DNA of 47,708 nucleotides from Odoribacteraceae bacterium (GTDB lineage Bacteria; Bacteroidota; Bacteroidia; Bacteroidales; Marinifilaceae): NCBI GenBank assembly GCA_031266545.1, contig JAISAV010000078.1, positions 1 to 47,708 of the forward strand, read 5' to 3'. Shown piece by piece: positions 7,214 to 14,984 of this stretch (position 1 is its first letter; each line of letters starts with the position of its first letter). The notes under the pieces were generated by a model. It saw only the letters and a program-made list of their open reading frames with translations, ran no database searches and was not told where the DNA came from. The position numbers and the translations under genes were made by a program.

Positions 7214-9138
7214 TGATAATAAGCCTCGACGTTCTCTTCCAGGCGGCCGTGCAGGAATTGCTCCTCCCAGATGGCGAGGCCGACGAGGATCCAGAGGTAG
7301 TTGTAGTGCCAGCGGAGGCGGGGGTGAGGCGGGTAGTCGAGCACGCGGCGGACGTAATCGTGGTTGAAAATGCCCTGGCGCTCGAGCCGCTCCCTCGTGA
7401 GGACGCGCCCGGCGACCTCCTTGAGGTCTTTCTTGAACTGGAGGTAGGGGTTGGCGGCGAACCCGCGTTTTTTCTTGGCGATGATGCCCGGCGGGAGGAG
7501 GGGTTCCATGGCGCGGCGGAAGAGGTATTTCGTTTGATTGTGCTTGATTTTTAGCTCGACGGGCAGGTTGAAGGCGAACTCGACGAGATCGCGGTCGAGG
7601 AAGGGGACGCGCTCCTCGACGGAGTGGGCCATCGAGACGCGGTCCTCGACGAGGAGGTAGTCGTTGACCATCTTGGACTGGAACTCGACGCGCGACACCC
7701 GTTCCAGGGCGCCGCCCCCGCCCGACTGGCGGAATAGCTCGTCGAACTCGTCGCGCGTCCTCTTGCCCTCGAGGCGGGCGCTCTCGAGGAAGTTTTTGGC
7801 GTAGATCTCCTTGTAGAACGGTTCGTCGTGGTCCCACGCGTTGCGGAGGATCAGGTAGAAGCGCTCCACGTCGCCGATGGCGCAAAGCATCTGGACGCCG
7901 CGGCGGTACTCGTCGTGGCGGAGCGTGCCGGCGCGGTGCTGTAGGCGAAAGATAAAGTCTGACTTCCAGCGCAGGAGGCGTTGCAAGCCACGCGGCACGC
8001 GGGCATGCCAGCGGTCGAAGGGGTAGATAAACTTGTGGATGTCGTAACCGGCGAATAGCTCGTCGCCGCCCAGGCCGCCCAGGACGACCTTCGTGACGGG
8101 GCGGACGAACGCCGACAGGTTGTAGCCCTGTAGCAGGTTGATCTTCGGCTCCTCGGCGTGCCAGATGGCCCGCGGGAGTTGTTGCAGGGGGTTCATCGAG
8201 AGCGCGAGGGTACGGTGGCGGGTGTGGAAATACTCGGCGACCTGTCGCGCGTCGTCGAACTCGTCGGTGGGTTCGTTAAACCCGAGCGTGAAGGTGTTGA
8301 TCTCCTCCACGCCCAGCTCGTGCATCTTCTGGACGATGGCGGAGGAGTCGAGGCCGCCGGAGAGGTAAACGCCGAGGGGCACGTCGCTGACGAGCTGGCG
8401 GCGCACGGCCTCTCGGAGAAGGGCGTTCAGGCGGTCGATGGCCTCCCGCTCGGTGATGGAGCGGTCGACGCGCGGCGCGAGTTGCCAGTAGCGGTGCACG
8501 CGGAATAGCCCCCCCTCGAAAACGGCGTAGTGGGCCGGGGGCAGGCGCTTGATGCCCTCGAGGAGGGTCTCGTCCCCTTGCGTGTAGCGGAGGTTCAGGT
8601 GGAGGTGAAGCGCCTTGTAATTAAGCTGGCGATGGTATTTGGGATGCAGGATGATGGATTTTTGTTCCGACCCGAAGAGCAGCACCCCCTCCTTTAAATA
8701 GTAGTGCAGCGGCTTGACCCCGAAATGGTCGCGCGCGAGGACGAGCCGGTCGCGGCGTTGATCGAGGATGGCGATGGCAAAAATACCGTTGAGGCGGTGG
8801 AAGAAACGGGTATCGTGCTCCTCGTAGAGGTGGACGAGCACCTCGGTGTCGCTGCGGGTGTAGAAGCGGTGTCCCGCGCGTTCCATCTCGTCCCGCAACT
8901 CTTGAAAATTATAGATCTCGCCGTTGAAAATGACCGCCACGCTCTTGTCCTCGTTGAAGATAGGCTGGTTGCCCGTGTCGAGATCGATGATGGAGAGGCG
9001 GCGGTGTCCCAGCGTGAAGTCCCCGTGGACGTGGATCGACTTATCGTCCGGCCCGCGGTGACGGATCGCGTCGAGCATCCTCGACATCAACTCCCGGTTA
9101 TCCGTGTCTCGTTCAAAAATCCCTGCGATTCCGCACAT
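7210..9138 (-). CDS. Asparagine synthase B-family glutamine amidotransferase (AsnB-like, long form)
   Basis: ORF 7210..9165, trimmed to ATG 9138 so the protein starts MCGIAGIF, giving the Cys2 nucleophile of Ntn amidotransferases. PP-loop VYLSGGLDSSAIV. 642 aa. Confidence 0.9.
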   Translation of the reverse strand: MCGIAGIFERDTDNRELMSRMLDAIRHRGPDDKSIHVHGDFTLGHRRLSIIDLDTGNQPIFNEDKSVAVIFNGEIYNFQELRDEMERAGHRFYTRSDTEVLVHLYEEHDTRFFHRLNGIFAIAILDQRRDRLVLARDHFGVKPLHYYLKEGVLLFGSEQKSIILHPKYHRQLNYKALHLHLNLRYTQGDETLLEGIKRLPPAHYAVFEGGLFRVHRYWQLAPRVDRSITEREAIDRLNALLREAVRRQLVSDVPLGVYLSGGLDSSAIVQKMHELGVEEINTFTLGFNEPTDEFDDARQVAEYFHTRHRTLALSMNPLQQLPRAIWHAEEPKINLLQGYNLSAFVRPVTKVVLGGLGGDELFAGYDIHKFIYPFDRWHARVPRGLQRLLRWKSDFIFRLQHRAGTLRHDEYRRGVQMLCAIGDVERFYLILRNAWDHDEPFYKEIYAKNFLESARLEGKRTRDEFDELFRQSGGGGALERVSRVEFQSKMVNDYLLVEDRVSMAHSVEERVPFLDRDLVEFAFNLPVELKIKHNQTKYLFRRAMEPLLPPGIIAKKKRGFAANPYLQFKKDLKEVAGRVLTRERLERQGIFNHDYVRRVLDYPPHPRLRWHYNYLWILVGLAIWEEQFLHGRLEENVEAYYQ

Positions 9139-9162
9139 GACTGCTTGTATTTGTTCGGGGGA

Positions 9163-9170
9163 CAAAAATA
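9163..9170 (-). promoter_or_regulatory. -7 box TATTTTTG for the asnB-like/GT2 operon
   Basis: Plus strand reads CAAAAATA, which is TAnnTTTG on the minus strand, 25 nt upstream of ATG 9138. Confidence 0.45.
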
Positions 9171-9241
9171 GCTAAATCTGCCTATAAAAAATAGGGCTTC
9201 GCGATAAAGATTGCACGGTAGTGCCCGTGAGGTCGCCCGCT

Positions 9242-9279
9242 GGGGGAAAAAGAATTGGCGACCCCGTCGCGGGGTCGCC
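9242..9279 (-). terminator. Intrinsic-terminator-like hairpin on the minus strand
   Basis: GGCGACCCCG-(3 nt)-CGGGGTCGCC, a perfect 10-bp stem at 9257-9279. On the minus strand it is followed by AATTCTTTTTCC. It lies upstream of the asnB promoter box, so it would end a separate transcript coming from 9280-9660. Confidence 0.6.
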
Positions 9280-9667
9280 TGTCGTGTGTGCGGAAATTGA
9301 AGTAAAAAAAAGATATAGCATTTGTGATTTTTATCGTTCTCATGGTTCCTCTCCATGCACGGGAAGGATCCCGACGGGAAAGGCGGCGCGTGGTAATCCC
9401 GGGGAAGACGTAACCCCGGTCATCAAACCCTTACACGCGATTCGCCTCCCCGTTGTCGGGATCGAAGATATCACATCTTCGTGGCTTTTCATGTGTATAC
9501 TCTTCGCGAGAAACGCGGGAGAGCACCCGTGAAAAGTGTATTGTTGTAAGATCCTTGTAAAGGATTTATCGCTTGATTTTATTATATGCATCGCGTGTAT
9601 CATGTCGTGTAAATGCCTATTCTAGTATCACTTCGTCATCGTCAAACAAGCATTTTCTTTTGGGTGG

Positions 9668-9675
9668 CAAATATA
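9668..9675 (-). promoter_or_regulatory. Orphan -7 box TATATTTG on the minus strand
   Basis: Plus strand reads CAAATATA, an exact TAnnTTTG on the minus strand, about 390 nt upstream of the 9257-9279 terminator hairpin. No convincing CDS lies in between. Confidence 0.35.
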
Positions 9676-9825
9676 GCGAACACATAAGATATAAACAAGT
9701 ATTCATTATGTTTTTTTCTTCATGGCATGATATTTATTAAGATTCTTGTCTCGCGTGCGGGGATAAACGGGATTTCAGGTAGTCCCGCCGTTTTGCGCGC
9801 GACGGTAAAATCCGGGAAAATTGTG

Positions 9826-9833
9826 TACATTTG
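9826..9833 (+). promoter_or_regulatory. -7 box TACATTTG immediately upstream of dnaG
   Basis: Exact TAnnTTTG ending 4 nt before ATG 9838. Confidence 0.35.
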
Positions 9834-9837
9834 CGTC

Positions 9838-11772
9838 ATGATAGATCAGGGTACCGTAGAAAAGATCTTTGACGCTGCCGACATCCTTGATGTCGTGTCC
9901 GGGTTCGTGAGCCTCAAGAAGCGCGGGGCCAATTACATCGGCTTGTGTCCCTTCCATAACGAGAAGACGGGGTCGTTTAACGTCTCCCCGGCGCGCGGGA
10001 TTTACAAGTGTTTCGGGTGCGGTAAAGGGGGGAACGCGGTCAACTTTATCATGGAGCACGAGCAGATGTCGTACGCGGACGCGTTGCGCTACCTCGCGGC
10101 GAGGTACAACATCCCGGTAGAGGAGCAGGAAATGAGCGAGGAACAGCGGCGGGAACGGGGCGAGCGGGAGAGCATGCTGGTGGTCTCGGCCTACGCGCGG
10201 GAGTTTTTTGTCCGGCAGTTGTATCACACGGACGAGGGGCGCGGTATCGCGCTGGAATACTTGCGCCAGCGGGGCATCGCCCCGGTGATGATCGAGAAGT
10301 TCGGGCTGGGCTATTGCCCGGAGGCGCGCGACGCGTTGACGACGGAGGCCCTCGGCAAGGGGTACAAGAGGGAGTTTCTGGTCAAGACGGGCCTCAGCAT
10401 CGAGAACGAGCGGGGGCTGTTTGATCGCTTTCGGGCGCGCGTGATCTTCCCGGTGCAGGACATCGCGGGCAAGGTGATCGCTTTCGGGGGCCGGACGATG
10501 TCCTCCGACAAGAAGCTGGCGAAGTACGTGAACTCGCCCGAATCGGAGATTTATCACAAGAGTCGCACCCTTTACGGGATCTATTTTGCCAAGCGGAGTA
10601 TCGTGCAACAAGACCGGTGTATCCTCGTCGAGGGGTACACGGACGTGATCTCGTTTCACGCGAAGGGGATCGAGAACGTGGTGGCCTCGTCGGGCACCTC
10701 CCTCACGGTGGAGCAAATCCGGCTGATCCGCCGCCTGACCCCGAACGTGACCATTATTTATGATGGTGACGCCGCCGGGATCAAGGCGTCGTTGCGCGGG
10801 ATCGATCTGGTGCTGGAAGAGGGGTTGAACGCGCGGGTGCTGCTGCTGCCCGACGGCGAGGACCCGGATTCCTTCGCGCGGGGGCACTCGTCGCTTGAGT
10901 TGTCGGAGTTTATCGCCCGCGAGGAGACTGATTTTATTACCTTTAAGACAAGGCTGCTGCTCAAGGACGCCGGGGATGACCCGATCGAGCGCGCGCGCCT
11001 GATCACGGATATCGTGAGGAGTATCGCCAAGATCCCCGACGCGATCACGCGGTCGGTGTACGTCCGGGAGACGGCGTTGCAACTGGAAGTGGAGGAGCGG
11101 GTGCTCTACACGGAGATCCTCAAGATGCGCAGGGTGAGCGCGGAACGCGTCCCGGCCGGTGGGGGAGGGGAGCACGCGGGGGTGACGACTGTCCCGGTGG
11201 CGGTGGCGCTTTCCCCGTGTGATCTGGAAGAGCGGGTGCTGATCCGTTACTTGTTACTTTTCGGGACGCTGGAATTGTACGAGGAGGAGGCGTCGGGGGA
11301 GAAAGGGCCGCGGCCGGTCTCCGTCGGGGAGTTTATTATCCGGGAGCTTGCCGAGGACGACCTGACGCTGCTTAATCCCGTCTATAACGCGATCCGGGAG
11401 GAGTATCACCGCCAGCACGTCTCGTCCGGCTTTATTCCCGCCCGCCACTTTATCGCTTATCCCGACGAACGGGTGAGCGTCGTGGTGGCCGACATCCTGA
11501 GCGAGCCTTACGAGTTGAGCAAGCTCTGGAACCGGCTGGAGAGTTACGTCGAGAGCGAGCAGATGAAGTTGGCGGAGTTTCTCCCGAAAGTGATCGACAA
11601 TTATAAGATGCGCCGCGTGGAGATGTTGACGCGCGAGGCGGACGGGCGGATATTGGAGTTGCAGAATGGCGACGATCCCGCCGGCGTGGTCGATTGGATA
11701 CGAAAGAAGCAGGCGATAGATAAAATCCGCGGCAAGCTAAGCCTGAGGTTGGGACGCACGGGCGTGAAATGA
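9838..11772 (+). CDS. dnaG: DNA primase
   Basis: ORF 9727..11772, trimmed to ATG 9838 (MIDQGTVEKIFDAADILDVVSGFVSLKKRG). Zinc ribbon CPFHNEKTGSFNVSPARGIYKCFGCGKGG. TOPRIM (ILVEGYTDVIS .. IYDGDAAGIKA). The N-terminus aligns with E. coli DnaG from memory. Confidence 0.95.
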   Translation: MIDQGTVEKIFDAADILDVVSGFVSLKKRGANYIGLCPFHNEKTGSFNVSPARGIYKCFGCGKGGNAVNFIMEHEQMSYADALRYLAARYNIPVEEQEMSEEQRRERGERESMLVVSAYAREFFVRQLYHTDEGRGIALEYLRQRGIAPVMIEKFGLGYCPEARDALTTEALGKGYKREFLVKTGLSIENERGLFDRFRARVIFPVQDIAGKVIAFGGRTMSSDKKLAKYVNSPESEIYHKSRTLYGIYFAKRSIVQQDRCILVEGYTDVISFHAKGIENVVASSGTSLTVEQIRLIRRLTPNVTIIYDGDAAGIKASLRGIDLVLEEGLNARVLLLPDGEDPDSFARGHSSLELSEFIAREETDFITFKTRLLLKDAGDDPIERARLITDIVRSIAKIPDAITRSVYVRETALQLEVEERVLYTEILKMRRVSAERVPAGGGGEHAGVTTVPVAVALSPCDLEERVLIRYLLLFGTLELYEEEASGEKGPRPVSVGEFIIRELAEDDLTLLNPVYNAIREEYHRQHVSSGFIPARHFIAYPDERVSVVVADILSEPYELSKLWNRLESYVESEQMKLAEFLPKVIDNYKMRRVEMLTREADGRILELQNGDDPAGVVDWIRKKQAIDKIRGKLSLRLGRTGVK

Positions 11773-11816
11773 ATTTTTCATTGTTTATCCCTTTGTAACG
11801 CAGTTCCGCGTGACGA

Positions 11817-11839
11817 CCTGCCGAAAAAAAACTGGCAGG
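11817..11839 (+). terminator. Weak hairpin downstream of dnaG (CCTGCC-N11-GGCAGG)
   Basis: 6-bp stem. A T6 run follows only about 10 nt later. Weak candidate. Confidence 0.25.
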
Positions 11840-12091
11840 GATTGAAACTTTTTTCCCCGTTCCTCGTTCAGTGTTGTAGAAAATGAAAATGGTTGAGTTT
11901 TCAGCAAAAAGTAATAGAGTGTGTGTGCTGACAATCAAGTAAAGATTTTGTGCGGTTAAACTTTTAATCAACACGGGTTACCGTGCGTGATTATTCCTTA
12001 CGCGCCCGAGTCCTCGGGTAGAAGTCGATTTTCTCACGAATCACTCTATGTTTCAAATTTTGAGCAAGTGATAACCTTTTATTAATAGAAA

Positions 12092-13321
12092 ATGAGAAAA
12101 CTAATGAGTGTATCTAATGTTGTTTGCCTCGCCGCGCTGGTGATGGCATTCGGTTCCTGCAAAAAAGAAGCTGCAGGGGACAGAGGTGAAACGGGAACCC
12201 TTGAGGCGAAGATTATCTTCGGGGGGACGGCGTCGCGTGCCACTTCAAAGGCTATTCCACTGACATCGTGGAAGAGCATCAAGCAAATCCAGATGTTTTT
12301 GTACGATCAAGCTGGGAAAATCAAGTTCTCGGACACGATTCTCCCGCCACAAACCGGTATCATACAGAGAACGTGGTCGATGGTACCGGCGGGAACCTAC
12401 ACGCTGGCGATCGTGGCTAACGCCAAGAGTAGCACGGATAACGTGCACACGATGATCGGCACGTCAGCGTTGGCATGGACGGGGATGAACGTGCGGAACC
12501 AGACCATCGCCGACTTGGACATCCAGCACAAGGCATCGGCCTTTCCAACGGCTATCAGCGGTATGTTTTCCAGTACCCAGTTAAAGCCATTCCAGGAGCC
12601 GTCAGAGGTCTTCATGGCTTATGCCACGGGCGTGACGATCACGTCAGGCACGACGACAGATATTACCGCGAACCCGTTACAGTTGAAACGGGAGGTGTCC
12701 CTGATGCGCGTGCGCTTGCGGGTGAATGACAAGGGTCAACTGTTTGACAACTCGGACATCGATTTCACCCATGCTCAAACGTCGTTGCTGATCTACACGC
12801 TGCCTGCCGACATGAATATTAGCGAGGGTAACGCCGGTGGCGTCTCCACGACGTCGGACGACAAGGCCGTCCTGGTGGCCGCTGATGGCGCCACGACTTT
12901 CCGCACGGGTGACCCGACAACCGCCACGCATAACCCGATCGGGATCGTCGATGCCGATTACACGCATTGGAAAGAGGTCGTCGTGTTCCCGAACAATGGT
13001 GGCCGGGCTGTCACGACCCCTAACGTTAACGCTCCCACGACGCAACGTTATTACGTGGTAATTACCGCTCACGCCCCGAAAGATCACCTCTTGAGCGACG
13101 GCTCGAAGGTCACGGATGCCGGTGGCACGTTGATACACTGGGCAGGTTTGGTGGAGGGCGCGTTCTCGCCGAACACGATCCGGGAGGTGAACCTGAACTT
13201 GTCTTCCGGCGGCGCGACCGGCGTTCCCACGGAGCCGGCCAAGGAAGGTGGTCTTACCATCAAGATCAACGATCCGCTTCCCTGGAGTTCGAACATCGAG
13301 TCAACGTCTTTAGATATTTAA
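12092..13321 (+). CDS. FimA/Mfa1-like type V pilin (fimbrillin-family lipoprotein), putative stalk subunit
   Basis: Lipoprotein signal MRKLMSVSNVVCLAALVMAFGSC (alternative ATG at 12104). About 400 aa and Thr/Ser/Gly-rich. Fimbrillin-like segments (EVFMAYATGVTITSG, NPLQLKREVSLMRVRL). Followed by an Mfa2-like gene. Family call is from pattern recognition only. Confidence 0.6.
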   Translation: MRKLMSVSNVVCLAALVMAFGSCKKEAAGDRGETGTLEAKIIFGGTASRATSKAIPLTSWKSIKQIQMFLYDQAGKIKFSDTILPPQTGIIQRTWSMVPAGTYTLAIVANAKSSTDNVHTMIGTSALAWTGMNVRNQTIADLDIQHKASAFPTAISGMFSSTQLKPFQEPSEVFMAYATGVTITSGTTTDITANPLQLKREVSLMRVRLRVNDKGQLFDNSDIDFTHAQTSLLIYTLPADMNISEGNAGGVSTTSDDKAVLVAADGATTFRTGDPTTATHNPIGIVDADYTHWKEVVVFPNNGGRAVTTPNVNAPTTQRYYVVITAHAPKDHLLSDGSKVTDAGGTLIHWAGLVEGAFSPNTIREVNLNLSSGGATGVPTEPAKEGGLTIKINDPLPWSSNIESTSLDI

Positions 13322-13338
13322 ACCACGAGAGATCTGTC

Positions 13339-13381
13339 GAGAAAAGGCGGGGCGCGGCCAACCACCCGTCCCGCCCTTCTC
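13339..13381 (+). other. Imperfect GC-rich stem-loop between the pilin and anchor genes
   Basis: GAGAA..GGCGGGGCG / CGTCCCGCC..TTCTC. That is 5 bp plus 9 bp with a small internal loop and one G.U, and a 12-nt loop. Starts 18 nt after the pilin stop. No U-tract. Confidence 0.3.
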
Positions 13382-13435
13382 ACGCGACGTGATGGGCACA
13401 AGGGGGAATCACGCGTTAATTACGAGAAAAAGAGA

Positions 13436-14365
13436 ATGACAATGAAGATAAATAAACTTCTCGTCGTGGCCCTGTCGAGCCTGCTCCTGGCCAGTTTATA
13501 CGCTTCATGCACGTATGACTACTTCGTGGACGAGACGAATTACAGGGTGTACGTGCCGGAGGTGGCCAACGGGCTGGTCAGCGATTGTTACGTGGCCGTG
13601 TACGACGAGAACGGGCATCTGGTAAGGGTACGCCACGCGGGCTGGCCCAACGACAACGACCCCCGCACGGCCATCGGGATTTTCAGCTTCCACCTCCAGC
13701 CGGGCAAGTACACGACTTACTGTTATGCCAACGTGGGCGACATGCAACTGACGGGGTCGAAATCGGTGGACGAGTCCTTTTTAGCCATGAAGGAACTCAC
13801 GCCATCATCGGGCAACCCGAGGGAGCACGCTTACGCGCAGCCTTCCGACGTGGTTTTCCAGAAGTTGACGCCGGAGATCGGTAAGACGCTACAGGTGAAG
13901 GTCGACACCACGTCATTGGAGAAATACGTCGGCCGGATCACCGTACGTTTTAAAAACATGCCCGTTTCCCTGTCGCAAGTGGCGCGCGTGCAGTTAGAGG
14001 CGACGGGGGTCGCGACGCAACAGTATTTCCACAGGGACACGCTCACGTCGCGCTTCACGAAGGACGATTACCTATTTAACGAGATACCCTTGTCGCCGGG
14101 CGCCACCGCGAGCGCGTGGGAGTTTGACCGCCGTTATTTCCCCTCGATCGACGGCCAGATGATGCGACTGAATCTCTACTTTATCGGGGGATCGGGGCAG
14201 GTGTTGTGCGCGATACCGGTGGAAGTGGTCGACGTGAACACGGGTTTACCGTTGTCCCTGCTCCACGGTCAACACCTCGTGATAGAGGTAGATAACTACC
14301 TGGTCATAGGCATTAGCCTGATCGGCTGGGACGATGGGATCGAGGGTTCCGACAGGGAAATATAA
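13436..14365 (+). CDS. FimB/Mfa2-family fimbrial anchor-like lipoprotein
   Basis: Lipobox LLASLYASC. About 300 aa. Characteristic strings YVAVYDENGHLV, HLQPGKYTTYCYANV, GRITVRFKNMP. Position directly after the pilin gene. Confidence 0.6.
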   Translation: MTMKINKLLVVALSSLLLASLYASCTYDYFVDETNYRVYVPEVANGLVSDCYVAVYDENGHLVRVRHAGWPNDNDPRTAIGIFSFHLQPGKYTTYCYANVGDMQLTGSKSVDESFLAMKELTPSSGNPREHAYAQPSDVVFQKLTPEIGKTLQVKVDTTSLEKYVGRITVRFKNMPVSLSQVARVQLEATGVATQQYFHRDTLTSRFTKDDYLFNEIPLSPGATASAWEFDRRYFPSIDGQMMRLNLYFIGGSGQVLCAIPVEVVDVNTGLPLSLLHGQHLVIEVDNYLVIGISLIGWDDGIEGSDREI

Positions 14366-14380
14366 TTTAAAAGAGAGAAA

Positions 14381-14980
14381 ATGAAGTCATATTGTATACA
14401 TGTGATCATGGCCTGCGCGCTACTGCTCGGCCTGACGGGCGCGTCGCTGGCGCAATCGATAAAGACGAACGTGCCCCTTTTACTGACGGGATCCCCCAAT
14501 ATCGGGATAGAGACCACGCTCACGCGCCAGTTGACGCTGGACGCGGAGGTGATGTGGATGCCGTACATGTTCAAGAAGCACGAGGAGGTATTCCGCGCCT
14601 CGATGGGGAGCATCGAGTGCAGGTACCACGTGAACCCCGCGCACTACTACACGAACGATTCGTGGGACGGCTTTTACGTAGGCCCTTACGCCCTTTACGG
14701 GCAATTCAACATCGGGCGTTACCGTCACCACGACATGGATCGTTCCTTCCGGCGCAAGGGCTGGGGAGTGTCCGGGGGACTCACCGCGGGTTACAAATTC
14801 TACCTCTCCCCGCGCTTCAAGATAGACATTAACGTGGGTCTCGGCTACGCTCACCTGCAGTACAACAAGTACAAGCTGGGCGGCGAGTACGCCGACTTCC
14901 CGCTGGAACAGAAGGCCACCAAGGCGTGGATCGGCCCGACGAAGTTCGGCGTTTACCTGGTGTATAATATATTCCGCTAA
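14381..14980 (+). CDS. DUF3575-like small outer-membrane beta-barrel protein
   Basis: Signal peptide ..GASLAQ. 199 aa. KTNVPLLLTGSPNIGIETTL..., ECRYHV.., GFYVGPY.., GLTAGYKFYLSPRF.. and GLGYAHL follow the DUF3575 pattern often found in Bacteroidales fimbrial loci. Ends in aromatic-rich ..VYNIFR. Confidence 0.7.
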   Translation: MKSYCIHVIMACALLLGLTGASLAQSIKTNVPLLLTGSPNIGIETTLTRQLTLDAEVMWMPYMFKKHEEVFRASMGSIECRYHVNPAHYYTNDSWDGFYVGPYALYGQFNIGRYRHHDMDRSFRRKGWGVSGGLTAGYKFYLSPRFKIDINVGLGYAHLQYNKYKLGGEYADFPLEQKATKAWIGPTKFGVYLVYNIFR

Positions 14981-14984
14981 AAGG

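Noticed and set aside
9340-9603. An 87-aa minus-strand ORF (and 9221..9532 on the plus strand) in the asnB-dnaG spacer as protein genes
   Set aside because: No motifs, no signal peptide or transmembrane pattern, and composition switches from AT-rich to GC-rich halfway through. Treated as part of a possible non-coding transcript instead.
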